A stretch of DNA of 64,000 nucleotides from the human T2T-CHM13v2.0 reference genome, Homo sapiens, in the NCBI RefSeq assembly GCF_009914755.1, contig NC_060927.1; one strand, written 5' to 3'. Of the stretch, positions 50,964 through 64,000 are shown one piece after another (position 1 is the stretch's first letter; the number at the start of each line of letters is the position of its first letter). Position numbers and translations under genes: made by a program. The notes beneath the pieces were generated by a model. It had not been told where the DNA came from. It made no database searches and worked only from the letters and a program-made list of their open reading frames with translations.

Positions 50964-53113
50964 GAAAGAGAATGAAAAGGCAAGTCACAGAGTGGGAGAA
51001 AATATTTGAAACATTTTTAAGTAACAATCTACTTTGGTTTTATGTCCAAAAGGTTTGAAGGTATGAGTACTAGGAGACATGGATGAAAATATCCACAATA
51101 GTATTATTAATAAGTAAATACTGGGGACGAGTTAAATATCCATCAACAGCAAATAGTTAAATAAATAGTGGCATGTTTATATAGTGGAATATCAGACAGC
51201 ATTGGAAGTTAACAAACTACTGCTTCCTGAAACACCATAGGTGAATCTCACAAACATAAAATTGAGTGAGAGAAACCAAACATGAAAAAATGATTCCATT
51301 TATACAAAATGTTAAAACACAGTCAAACTAATCACCTAAAAATGCAGAGGGCTACAGAAAAAACATAAAGAAAAGAAAAAGAAGAGATTATCATAAAATT
51401 GGACACAGTTATATTTATTAGGGGAAAAGAAGGTTGGAATTGGGAAGAAGCATAGATGGGCTGAGGGTGCTGGATAAGTTCTGTTTCTTGACCTCAGTGG
51501 TGGTTAAATGGGTGTTCACATTTACAAAAATTTGTTAACGTGAAGCTGCATATTTACATTTGTATGTATTTCACTTAATGGCATATTTCACAATAAAGAC
51601 TGTCTGAAAACACTATATAGGAACTGTATTTTCATTATCTGCCCATAACTATATGCTTACTCTTGGAAGTATTATCTCACTCACTTAAAGACTATAATCT
51701 CAAAGGTCTAAAATAATTTTATAGTTCTCCTTTCATTATGAAATATAAAATAGAAGAGAAAATTATATCTCAGTAATTTTTCCTTACTATTCTCATTTCA
51801 CAGTCTATACCTTCTCTCTCTTATACAATATAAAAAAATTACAGTTGGTTCTGAATAACAAATTGGTATAAAACTGAGCAAAGGTGGAAAGTTAGCAAGA
51901 TAAGATGAGATGTCTTCATAAAGAAGCAACTTCTATAATTTCTGTCAGTTCCCAAATACTGAGTTGGAAGGCTGTCACATAGCTCTTTCAAGCTCATCTT
52001 TATAAAGAAACGCTAGGAACCACTATAGGGCATAGAAGAAGAAAAGAATTATCTAGCTATAAGATAACTGAAAAGGAAATTTAGACACCAAGCACCCAGA
52101 TCAGCACTACCTGTAGTAGCAGCTATGTAAATTAAAAGCTACCTTCTTCATAGCTCTTTAAAGAGATTCAAAGCGACACTGCCCTTAGCTTAGTCCAGAG
52201 GAAAGACCTAGCATTTAAAGTGAGGAGGCTGGAATCCATGTCATTTTATTTAAGCCTCAGCCTTGTCAGTCAATTGTAAAATGGAAAATATAATCTTTGC
52301 CCTAATTATGGGACAGTTAGGGAAAAGATTATGATAAGCAAGTGAAAAATTGTTATTTGTGACTTCATCTTACACATAACAAAAGAGTAAGCATATGTGA
52401 GGGATTTGTTGAGTATTATAAACTCTAGAAAGATAATTCACATGTGTAAGGTGGGTAGTGGGTAACCAACATGCAGTTTCTTTAAACTATTCTAACACTA
52501 ACCCAGTGAAATCACTGGCATTAATAGTATTGCATAATATCCCTTGGGAAGGCTGGGTTAGGATAGAGATACGATTGAAAAATGCTGCTTTAGAAGTTAT
52601 GACGGGGACTCAAATAGAAAGCTAATCAATAATTCATCTGAAGATTATAGCACTCATCCTACCAGAATTAGTTTAAGTAGTGATAATATCAAATGAAAGA
52701 TTTGTCGAAAGAACTTAAACTCAGGTTATTCTGCCAGTTTAATCATTATTTAACATTGGAATATTTGCTAGTTTAATCCATTAAAATAAATTCCTGAGAA
52801 GCTGAGGAGCAAAGAATATGTCTTACCTCAGTGTCCCCAACACTGCGCAGTGTTGACACATGATGTTTATTAAACAACTGAATTAAGTAGATGGTTTTGT
52901 CTCTCTTATGACCTAAAAAATACTATTAAAAACTCTTTTTAAAAATGCAAATGCAAGCCTCCCACAACATGGCATCAGTCCTAGTTGGTTTTAATAGAAA
53001 TTCGTTTAAATAATTAAGACACAGATAATTCTTAACATTTAAATCCTTAAAATTAATTTTTGATGGCCATCTTTTCAGTTAAATTCACAAAGCCAGCCTT
53101 ACCTTGATACTAA

Positions 53114-53405
53114 TTTTTTTCTTTGAGACAGGGTCTCGCTGTGTCACTCAGGCTGGAGTGCAGTAGCACAATCACAGATTGCTGCAGCCTCGACCTCCTG
53201 GGTTCAAGTGATCCTGCCACCTCAGGCTCCCCAGTAGCTGCGACTACAGGCGCACACCACCATGCCCAGCTAATTTTTGTATTTTTTTGTAGAGTCGGGG
53301 TTTCACCATGATGCCCAGGCTGATCTCAGACTTCTGGGCTCAAGAGAGCCACACTCAGCCTCCCAAAGTGCCGGGATTACAGGCATGAGCCACCATTCCC
53401 AGCCT
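53114..53405 (-). mobile_element. AluJ
   Basis: gagacagggtctcgc..gcagcctcgacctcctggg; TSD-like atactaa(t/a)ttttttct on both sides. Confidence 0.88.
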
Positions 53406-55999
53406 ATACTAAATTTTTTCTATAGCCGTTTAACTATTCAGAAAATATACAATGGAATAAGAGTGGAAATCACATTTGCAGTAATGGGAATCATGAAGAA
53501 AACTAGAACATCTACTGATATATTGACATGAAATGAATTCATGTTTCTGAAAGGGACCTCAATGGTATAAAAATATCAATTAATCAATTTAACAAAATAA
53601 CTCAAAAATATCTGGAATAGCTAAAATAAATTTAGGAAAAATATAAAAGAGATGAGATAAACTTATTATTTCATACAATAAAACATATATTCAAGACACA
53701 ATAATTAAACCACTATGGATTTGAAGCAGAAACAGAATGACAGATGATTACAGATGCTACAGAAAGTCTATATTAGAATTCAGTACATTCTGTAACATTG
53801 CATACCAGTGGAGAGAGGACAGATATAAACAAATGGTTGGGGGGAAAACTGGCTAATCATTTCTAAAAATAGGTAAATTAGACATCTAAGTTAAACCTTA
53901 CACAAAAACAAACTCCAGCAGGATTAAGGAATTAAGTATTATTAAAATGTACAAAATGAAACAAAAATATATGAATATTTATAACATCAAAGGCATTTCT
54001 AAGAATAGTTTTAAAATCAGTAATCACAAATGAAAAAAATTGGTAATTTTTATATTTTAAAAAAACTCAATACATTTCTACATGAAAAGACAAGATGTGA
54101 GTAAAGATGGGGAAGTAAAATGATCTTTGCTCACTTCTTTTAGTGATTAATTGAAAGCAACAATTGAAGTGAAAATAAACAAAACTTATTTCTTCAAGAC
54201 AAAACTAGGAAACACCCCTGCCCCTAAGTCATATATATTTGAAGAAGAGCTGTCAAGGGTGGTGAAAATTGGACCCGGGGAAGGTGGGTGGGGAGGGACC
54301 ACACCCACTACAGATCTCGAGTAGCAGCAGCTGGCTTCAGTTGCCTCCAAAATATTAGGCACATTAAGAAGGGCAAAAGCAATGACCTTTTGTTTGGAGA
54401 TGAGGAAGCAGCACCTGGGATCTTCAATGAGCTGCTTTTAACACCAGAAAGAAGCCAAAGAATTGAGGACAAATGAAGAAAGGAGCAAGAGAAAGCAAGC
54501 TTCTGAGATGCCACATCTGCTACCAAGTGGAAGGATGGAGAAAATCTGTGATGGCCAAAAAGCTCTGCGATTGCTAATTTTTCTTAGCCAACATGAATAG
54601 GACTTAACGCTTACAATCACAAACCCTGCTTCATGTGGGACTTCATTCTGAGGCAGAGAGAATTCCTGGCCCTTCCACACTCTCCTGTTGCTAATAACTA
54701 GCCCAGGAAGAATTCACTTCATTGAAAAACCAGGAGCACTTGCTGTGGGTCGGCACAGAATGATGTAGTTTTAAATTTTACCAAAACTTTCTGAAAAGAA
54801 GACATCCATCAATACAGGGGGGAAAAGACATGAACATCTTCAACAATATTCTCCTGAAAACCAGTTGTCATCAAGCCATCAACAGCAGCAGAACCTGTAT
54901 GAAATAACTGTTGAATAGTGGAAGTTCACTACTGTACCCTAAAAGCTATTGAAACTAAAAAATATCAATGAATGCTTGTCCACAAGAAGAGAAAACACCA
55001 TTCAAATTGAAAACCAGTATGGGTTGTTCTGGAAAATATTCGTTAAACAAAGACCCTCACAGAGTGAGAATTGTAAATACGAATAGATTAAAAAGTGCTG
55101 CAGTAAGTCGGGGCCTTTGAAAATTATATAATCAACACGTATTCTCTTCCAGAAGGATAAAGTCCCATTTTGCGGGAAAAAAAAAATACTGGAAACAAAA
55201 ATCACATTGAGCAGAGGAGAGGGCCACTGATGGTAAAGAAGAGAGAGAAGGCTCCATAGTTAGGGGAGGAAAGTCTTTGAGGAGGCAGATTCAAGGAAGG
55301 AAGTACTCTCAGCAAAACAAAGTCTAAAGCAGAGAGCACTAACCAAGGCCCAAACAGGTTGAGCCTGGAGCACACAAAGCTAGAGGCAGGAAATGTTACT
55401 GGGTCTAACTTGGCCACACAGAGAGGCCATGTTTTAAGTTTTTCATGGTGATAACAGAGAAGAGTTACTGAGCTCTGAAGCTGGGAAAGAAACCCTACTT
55501 CCTTTCTTCCACCCAATAGGAAACTCCTTTTTATAGCCCAGAAAAATTCACCTTATTTAAACATGAGAAACAAAAAGTGAATTCAATTGAACCCTTTAAA
55601 CACAAGTTACAAGAAAAATATTAAAATAAGCCCTATCATATCTGACTGTAACACAGAAAAATGTGGTCATAAAGCAGATGAAAATGAACTATAACACATG
55701 AAGAAAATGATTGAACCTTTGAAGAAATAGCACAGATCAAAGATAGAAAATCTCAGAAGTGAAAAGTTAGAAATTATATTTCTAGGAAGAAATGAAACAA
55801 GAACTCAGAGATCTCTGAAAATAATTAAGAAAGAAAAAATGTCCCTCTCCTCAAACAATTCAGTCCAAAAATTATTAGACAAGGCCAAGTGTAGTAGGCA
55901 TTTATGTGAATGATGCATGTTTGTTGGGGGGTTGGGGGAGTGGGCATTTACCCCAGAGAAGGTCAATTACCAGGTAAGGAGAGTGTCAAGGGGGAGGGC

Positions 56000-56286
56000 A
56001 GCAGCCCAGGGGCCATGTTAGAGATCAAGTAGGATGAGAGGGGATCCGCACTGCGGGTTGGGTGGCAAAGAGGTGGCAGAAAGAATAGGAGATTAGTTAC
56101 ACACAGAGAGATTGATCAAATACATAAATATATCAAGGCCAGTTTTCTCAGAAAATAAACATACACCATGAAAAATAAAATGAAAATGAAGGAAACTAAA
56201 ATGAACCCTTCAAAGGTAGATTACAGTTGGGGTATTGGGGTGACCTCATTATTTTCAAATTGTAAATGGATATAGAAATAAATACT

Positions 56287-56332
<46 letters not shown>

Positions 56333-57300
56333 CACTGTAGTTCTCTCAACTGAGAGGACCTGAGAGAAGTGACACACTAATGGCAATTAGCATACCTAGC
56401 ACCGGTTTTTAGTTTCTATAGACCATTCTCTACCACAAATAAAATAAAAATAAATGAATGATTGGAGGAATGAATGATTGCAGACCTGGGCCAAGGCAAG
56501 GAAAATACCAAAGAAGATAAGTCTAGAACATCTTGTTGTGCATGAAAATAAGGAAGTGTTCAAAGAGTGATGGGGATCAATTCAAGAGGACATAGAAGCC
56601 ATCTTTAGGAAATTCCCACTGGACAAATCTGGGACAATTTGATCATCAAAATAAACTATAATAATAATGGATTATAAACTTTTAAATTAAAAAATGCATA
56701 AGTCTATCCTAATTTAAATAAGCGGATTAAGTAATAATACGATGAAGAGCAGGATATTTACAGTTTGAAAGTACCTCCTTACAAAACACTTTGCAAAAAT
56801 AAAAATAAAAAATAAGCTTCACAATGGAGAAACAGGCAGACAACTTCTTAACTGAGTAGAAAAAAAAATCTAAATAATGTACCACTGGATGGAATGCATT
56901 AAAAACTCAGCATCTAGATAATGTTTTTACTGCCAATGATGTAAAACTAATCCTAAACATGTAGGAAAAACCAACAAGTCTAAATTGAGAGACATTCTAA
57001 AAAATAACTAGCTGGTAATCTTCAGAAGGGTCAAGGTCCTAAAGTTAAGGAAAGACTGAGAAAAGGTGCTAGACAGCAGACTGAAAAAATGTGACAACTA
57101 AACGCAATGTGAGAATCTGAACTGGATCTTTTTGCTATAAAAGACAGCATTAGAAAAACTGACCAAATTTGAATGGAGTCTGAGGATTAGATAATAACAA
57201 CATACCCATGTCAATTCTCTAATTTCGACAGTTCTACCGTGGTTATGCAGGAAATTTTCCTGTTAATGGGAAATAAGTATTCGGTGGTGATGGGACATTG
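56000..57300 (+). mobile_element. L1MC4/5-like 3'UTR relic
   Basis: aaattgagagacattcta..gtcaaggtc..gacaactaaacgcaatgtg..aaatttgaatggagtctg. Confidence 0.6.
56288..56335. repeat. (GT)19(GC)4 alternating purine-pyrimidine microsatellite
   Basis: Seen directly. Confidence 0.92.
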
Positions 57301-57326
57301 TATGTACAATGTATTTGATATGTACT

Positions 57327-57719
57327 TGATATGGGCTGGCTCTGCGTCCCCATCCAAATCTCATCTTGAATTATAATCCAAATTGTGATCCCCACATGTT
57401 GGGAGAGGGGTTTCATGGGAGGTGATTAGATCATAGATCATGGGGGGTGGTTCCTGCTCTCCCCCTATGCTGTTCTTCTGATAACAAGTGAGTCTCAAGA
57501 GATCTGATGATTTTATAAGCATCAGGCATGTCCCCTGATGGCACTTGTCTCTCCTGCCACCATGTGAAGAAGGATGTGTTTGCTTCCCCATCTGCCATGA
57601 TTGTAAGTTTTCTGAGGCCTCCCCAACCATGCAGAACCGTGAGTCAATTAAACCCCTTTCCTTTACAAATTATCCGTCTTGGGTGGTTTTTTATAACAGC
57701 ATGAGAACAGACTAATACA
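57327..57719 (+). mobile_element. THE1C/D (or MSTA)-type solo LTR
   Basis: tgatatgggctggctctgcgtcccc ... gagtcaattaaacc ... gactaataca; TSD gtact/atact. Confidence 0.85.
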
Positions 57720-58239
57720 ATACTCTTAAAATATTCAGAAAAATAAAAGTCTTTGCATTGTACTTGCAAATGTACTATGAGTTTGACATCTCTTTTTCTA
57801 AAAAAGAAAAGAGCAAATTGGAAGCAAGATAAAAATAAACAAAGAAATCTCAATAAGAAAATGATTGTAAATGGTAATAAATAAAAATAAAATAAAACAC
57901 AGAATAGGAAAAAGAACGATTTTAAGACAATGACAGAAATAAAAGACAGGCAAAGGAAATAGGATATGAGTATTAACAGATTTCCAGAAGGAAAAAGTCA
58001 AACATTGCTGTAAAACAAATATTTAAAACTATAACTCAAGAAAGATTTCTCAAGTTTAAAAAAAGTCTTATTTAACCTGAAATGAAACTCTAGGTAACTA
58101 GTAAATAGTTCCCAGAATGGTCAACCTGTAAACAAATTTTAATATGAAATTTTAAGGCTAAGAAAGAGGGATATTAACAGAAGACAAAATGAAGCCAGAA
58201 GCAAAATCAATAGTCACTTTAAAAACAAGACAAATAATT

Positions 58240-59130
58240 TTAAGTGTTTTTCCTTGGCTCTTGATGAGTTCACAGGTATTATTAATATTGCTCAGTTATG
58301 TTTATTTGAGGAATCAATGCGGAGTTTGATGTGACTAAAGAACTGGCCTCTAGTAGTGTATGTGGAACAATTATGGGTGAGAACATTTTCAAAGAAACTG
58401 AGAAAAACACTAATTCTGTACAATCTGAAGTGGAATCTGCAAAACTGTGTGACAACTAATAATGATAAAAATATGGGTGCAGCAGAACGACATTTTAGTT
58501 GGATAAATTTACCAAAATGTATGAAGATGTGCTGCTTAATCCTATTGTTATTCATTGTGCTATTCATCAACAAGTACTCTGAGCAACGTATTTGATTATG
58601 TGTTATGAACCAGTCACATCAACAGTCAACTTCATATGCTCTTGTATACTTAACTATTGGCAGTTCTGAATATTTTTGTTGAGAAAAGAAGTGGAATATT
58701 CTTAATTGCCCAGCCACACGGAAGGCCAATAACATAACAATGGCAAACATTTTTTTGTGTGTGTGACATTTTGGGACACTGGCTGAGATTGAAATTTATC
58801 AGAATGAAAAGAATTTCCCTTAGTGGCTATTAATAAACCTTGATTGGCTTTGAAAATTAGTGGTTGCTAACGACTTGATAATGTTTCTTAATGAATTCAA
58901 CCAAAAATAACAAGGTAGAACAGCGTTCATACATGAAACTTATTTAGTAGTGAAGTCATTTCAATGACAACTAACATTTGAATCTCAAATACTGTCAAGC
59001 TGCTTTATATATTTCCCAGGCTGACAAAAGTTAAAATCGGAAGTGAAGTTCCATCTCCACTCCAATCTGCTGTAGCTATGTTTCCTGAGTTCAAACTACA
59101 GTTCAAGAACCATTTTCAGACCTCAATGAA
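58240..59130 (+). mobile_element. hAT-Charlie DNA transposon, transposase coding relic
   Basis: Degenerate motifs across frames: FSLALDE.T....AQL, VTT(N)NDKNM (cf. TTDGAxNM) and IHCAIHQ (CxxH). Confidence 0.7.
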
Positions 59131-59714
59131 TGAAATAATATGATTACTTCTATTTCTTGTCCCTCTTTCCCATGCGTAGTCTTTCCATGTCTTATTCTCT
59201 CTTTTTTTCCTTCATTCTATAACACTTTTCCAATTGTCTCCATGGTTTTAAGCTACTATCCTTCAAAGCCTTCCCTAAATATTCCAGCCCAAGATTTCAC
59301 CCTACACTCAATGTCTATGACAACTATTATCTGGTCATTCATTTAACCCTTTCAGTATATTCCCTTTGCTACTCACTATACTTCTACCTACACAATCAAT
59401 ATCTTCCTGGATACACTGTCAGTTCCTTAAGAAAAAAGCTACATCTTGAAGAGTGTAACCAGAATCATTGGAAATGCTGGTTGATTAGCTGGTTGAGCAA
59501 GAACTTCAATAGTTACAAACATAAAAGTGATGAATGAAGAACTATGGAAAGCCTCATCGGCACTTCGTCTCTTAAAAATGTAATACAACCAACATTAAAT
59601 GGTCATTGTTACTTTTAGCTAGACATAATTGTCTGTATCCCCAAGGAAATAACAGGTAAGATAAAATTTATCCATACCCCTAAAAAATAATAGGTAAGGT
59701 ATAATTATTTACTA

Positions 59715-59934
59715 CAGTGGTTCTTAACCAGAGGCAGTTTTGCTCCCCAGAGGACATATGGCAATGTCTGGAGATATTTTTGTTTGTCAAAACTGGAGGT
59801 GCAGGATTCTACTGGCATGTAGTGAGCGAGGCAAGAGATGCTGCAAAGGGGTCCTATAATACTCAGGGGAGCCTCCCATAACAAGGAATTATCTGGCCCC
59901 AAAATGTCAACAGTACCAAGCTTGAGAAACCTTA
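59715..59934. mobile_element. MER20 (hAT-Charlie MITE)
   Basis: cagtggttcttaacc..ggcaatgtctggaga..ggccccaaaatgtcaa..gagaaacc; 8-bp TSD atttact(a/g). Confidence 0.9.
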
Positions 59935-60790
59935 ATTTACTGTGCCAATGTGGGCTGATCTATGTGAAAATAGATTTCAATATTTGTTTTCGACTTTTAA
60001 ATTATGGAATTTTTATATAACTGCTAGTTTTTATATCTGAGCATCTAGGGTAGATGTTCTCCCCCATGTTCATCCGCATTTCACTAGACTAAAAACTCCA
60101 GGAAGCTGGAAAGTGGTTTTTTGTTTTTTTTTTTTTTTTTTTTTTTTTAGTTTTTCATGGTTTGTTGAGCCTCAGTGCTCAATAAATATTGTTGAGTGAA
60201 CAATTAAGAATTGAAGTGTTTTCCACTCATCCTTCACTCCCCAACACATTAGCATTTGCTTTCTAGAATTACTGACCCTTAGAAAGCTAGAAAGGCCTTT
60301 AGAGATAATCTTATCTCATGCTTTTTAATACTTAAAACAGTGACACTTTTTTTTTTCAAATAACTTCCTAGAGGAAATTCTAGTTCATAAGGCAAATAAT
60401 CCTAGAGCTGCCCCATTGAGTGAAAGATGAGGGATCTGGAGCCCAACCACCAGCACATCGTGGTATCCCCTAAGGTGGGTATTCAAAATCCAACACACTC
60501 ACATAGCCCTTGGGAAACTGAAGTAGAGAGAAAAAGAAACCAGAATAAAGTCACATGGCCAGTAGTGGTAGATAGGTCACCAATCGAAGCTGCTCTAATC
60601 ATACCCTGAAACACAGGTGCAGAACAGAAGTTCTTATTTTTTTTAAACTAACCTAATACCACACTATGCTTTTATATAAAGATGTGTGTGTATGTGTATT
60701 TAGAACCCCTATTTTCTAGAGCTGATTTCTCCCTTCATGTTCACCCCCATTTCACTAGAATGAAGCTCCACAAGTGCCTACCCACCATAG

Positions 60791-62113
60791 TGAGAGGTGA
60801 CAGCGTGCTGGCAGTCCTCACAGCCCTCGCTCGCTCTCGGCGCCTCCTCTGCCTGGGCTCCCACTTTGGCGGCATTTGAAGGTCCCTTCAGCCCACCGCC
60901 GCACTGTAGGAGCCCCCTTCTGGGCTGGCCAAGGTCGGAGCCGGCTCCCTCAGCTTGCGGGCAGGTGTGGAGGGAGAGGCGCGGGCGGGAACCGGGGCTG
61001 CGCGCGGTGCTTGCGGGCCAGCGCGAGTTCCGGGTGGGTGTGGGCTCGGCGGGCCCCGCACTCGGAGTGGCCAGCCGGCCCTGCCGACCCCGGGCCATGA
61101 GGGGCTTAGCACCCGGGCCAGCGGCTGCGGAGGGTGTGCCGGGTCCCCCAGCAGTGCCGGCCCACCGGCGCTGCGCTCAATTTCTCGCCCGGCCTTAGCT
61201 GCCTTCCCGCGGGGCAGGGCTCGGGACCTGCAGCCCGCCATGCCCGAGCCTCCCCCAACCCTCCTGGGCTCCTGTGCCGCCCGAGCCTCCCTGACGAGCG
61301 CCGCGCCCTGCTCCACGGCGCCCAGTCCCATCGACCACCCAAGGGCTGAGGAGTGCGGGCCCACCGCACGGGACTGGCAGGCAGCTCCACCTGCAGGCCT
61401 GGTGCGGTATCCACTGGGTGAAGCCAGCTGGGCTCCTGAGTCTGGTGGGGAGGTGGAGAAGCTTTATGTCTAGCTCGGGGATTGTAAATACACCAATCGG
61501 CACTCTGTATCTAGCTCAAGGTCTGTAAACACACCAATCAGCACCCTGTGTCTAGCTCAGGGTTTGTGAATGCACCAATCGACACTCTGTATCTAGCTAC
61601 TCTGGTGGGGCCTTGGAGAACGTTTGTGTGGAAACTCTGTCTAGCTAATCTAGTGGGGAGGAGAACCTTTGTGTCTAGCTCGGAGATTGTAAACGCACCA
61701 ATCAGCGCCCTGTCAAAACAGACCACTCGGCTCTACCAATCAGCAGGATGTGCGTGGGGCCGGATAAGAGAATAAAAGCAGGCTGCCGGAGCCAGCAGTG
61801 GCAACCCGCTGGGGTCCCCTTCCACACTGTGGAAGGTTTGTTTTTTCGCTCTTTGCAATAAATCCTGCTGCTGCTCACTCTTTGGGTCCACACTGCCTTT
61901 ATGTGCTGTAACACTCACCGCGAAGGTCTGCAGCTTCACTCCTGAGCCAGCAAGACCACGAACCCACCAGAAGGAAGAAACTCTGAACACATCCGAACAT
62001 CAGAAGGAACAAACTCCAGACGCGCCACCTTAAGAGCTGTAACACTCACCACGAGGGTCCGCGGCTTCATTCTTGAAGTCAGTGAGACCAAGAACCCACC
62101 AATTCCAGACACA
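60791..62113 (+). mobile_element. Solo LTR12C (ERV9)
   Basis: Starts tgagaggtgacagcgtgctggcagtcctc and ends aattccagacaca; 4-bp TSD ATAG; GC-rich U3 with tandem enhancer repeats. Confidence 0.95.
61460..61810 (+). promoter_or_regulatory. LTR12C enhancer/promoter core
   Basis: CCAAT at 61493, 61534, 61575 (41-bp spacing), 61698 and 61736; GATAAG ~61763; TATA-like AATAAAA at 61771. Confidence 0.75.
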
Positions 62114-63031
62114 ATAGGAGATTCAAGATTTGAGCAAAGTCTGTGTAGACCAACAAGCTATAGAGACATTTCTTTATAAATAATTCTTTCTAGTGAGGCA
62201 GGTTATTCTATGAGGTCAAATTAGGCAGAAGAAATTTAGAAAAGCCCTTCAACATCCACTTGGCCTTCCATGTAGATAAATTATTCTTAATGGAGGTAGG
62301 GGGAGGGTTATTGCATCATGGTGTTTTAGAATTAGGAGTATGTGTAGCTTGAAAAACCACAGTCTCTAAATTTATTTTAAAATCCCCTAATATCTATAAT
62401 TTTTATAGTACAAACCTCAGAAAGCTTGTCAAAATATTTTTGGCTGTCTAGTGGGAATACTTAGAAGATAGTGATTCTCTAACAAGTAACAGGAAAGTGA
62501 AAAAGGAGTGTCCAAAAGAATTAAGGATAGGTTGAAGCACGAGGTTTTTGTGTTGATCAAAAGATTTCAGGATATCTAAAAACAGAAATTTGAAAACAGA
62601 AATTAATGTAGAAACTTGGATGGGGTCTCTTCACCCACTTAATATTCGATATAATTGTTACTAACAACAATATAAGGAGACTGGGTCTGGGCATAGAACT
62701 ATGTGAAACAAACAGGCAGGTGATGCCAAAATTCAGAAACTTTCTAGGCCAGGACCTTCACTGCTAAGGAAGCCATTCATAGACTGTTACTTTGTTATTT
62801 ACTCTTTTTACATTTTGTTAGTTTCTTCTCCACACCATTAGCATAGAAAAACACAAGATGACTGCAACGTCAATATGACAACAAGGAATGATTCCGCTGG
62901 CTGGAGTCGTGCTGTGATCTTGTCAGTCACAGGATTCTGATAGGAGACACTGTCCCCAAAGGTTTCTACCACACGGAGAACACATGGTAGGTAGCAAATT
63001 TAAGCAGGTTATATACCCAACCTGGACTTAC

Positions 63032-63145
63032 CTTCTTGTCACGCAAACCCCCAAATGGCTTACTTTTAGGATTCTCGTATAAAAAAGCTGAACAACACTG
63101 ATGTGTGAATTAGTGAAGGTCAATGCTTGAGCTATATTTAAGGAC
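63032..63145 (-). other. Candidate internal exon (114 nt)
   Basis: Acceptor tatttttggctctcAG; consensus donor AAG|gtaagt, with an alternative donor AAA|gtaagc at 63064; one open frame SLNIAQALTFTNSHISVVQLFYTRILKVSHLGVCVTR. Confidence 0.3.
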
Positions 63146-64000
63146 CTGAGAGCCAAAAATAGTTTGTTTTCCAGTAAAATCCTTTTGTAAGCAACAGCTT
63201 ATAAAATGTTACAATCACAGCTGTGCAGAGGGTACAGAGAGATCTGTGCCTATGACCACGAGATTGGCCTTGGAGAGGTCTCAGAATAATGATACCACTC
63301 TGTTGTAAGGAACGAGACAAGCAGAAGCAACGTCCTCTCATTTATTCCAACCTATCTGAGCACTCCCTGCCACTTCTGTCCATCTCAGTTTATCTACAGC
63401 CCCAGCCAGGATCTGCAAATCCCATTTAACCGTCATAGGTTATCATTGCTTAATATTTGTGTGTAGCTGTTGTCTTGGTGTTTGTTCTTTTACAGCTCTT
63501 CATGAAGGCTCTGAAGACAGGCCACACATCTCATCTTCAATTTACAAACGATGAGAGCAAACAAGACCCAGAAAAGGGAAAGGTTTGCCTAAAGTGTCAT
63601 AGCTAATGTCAGAACCGTCTGCATCCAGGTTGTCCAGCCCCTTGTCTACACACTCACTATTGGTCCACAGGTTGCCTCAACCCGCCTTTCCTACCCACTA
63701 CAGAACATTCTTCCTTCAACAGGTTCCTTTTCGGAGGACAGTCATTTGGTAAATTTCCACAATCATTATAGAAAGTACCTGCCCATCACCACAAAAGATC
63801 AGATGAGTCTGACTTTACTTTTAATCATTCTTATTATCTTGTGAGATGGGACGCTTCTTTAGATTTATTAATTCCCATAAATGAAGAGTTTGGCTCATGA
63901 TAGCAGATTATTTGCTTTGGTCCTCCAAGCATAGGCTGTGTTGAGGCTGGAAGGAACAAGGATCAGAAACAAGCTGCTGTTTATCTCAGGGTAGCTTCAA

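Noticed and set aside
60778-61503. Nest of 100-170-aa ORFs resembling a CpG-island first exon
   Set aside because: Entirely within the GC-rich U3 of LTR12C.
61460-61740. Spaced ~41-bp repeats resembling a CRISPR array
   Set aside because: These are the ERV9 LTR enhancer repeats: no unique spacers, no cas genes, primate DNA.

Overview
Great-ape/human-type (hominine) genomic DNA, AT-rich and repeat-dominated, with no recognisable intact protein-coding gene; nearly all long ORFs derive from LINE-1, Alu or LTR sequence. Main landmarks: a U1 snRNA retropseudogene (1.5 kb); a full-length L1PA2-like element on - (11.1-17.2 kb, perfect 16-bp TSD) with broken ORF1/ORF2 but an intact antisense ORF0; an older full-length L1PA8-like element on + (29.7-36.5 kb) carrying an AluSc; a two-LTR THE1A provirus (46.1-48.3 kb); a hAT-Charlie transposase relic (~58.2-59.1 kb); and a CpG-rich solo LTR12C (60.8-62.1 kb). 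The most unusual structure is a cluster of templated-insertion, fold-back and duplication scars at 48.8-51 kb, including a piece of THE1 internal sequence copied twice into a neighbouring Alu and a 29-bp hairpin. There are also candidate exons of an unidentified minus-strand spliced transcript. I found no evidence of a new biological system. Subfamily calls come from remembered consensus motifs, not a RepeatMasker run; boundaries without TSDs are approximate.
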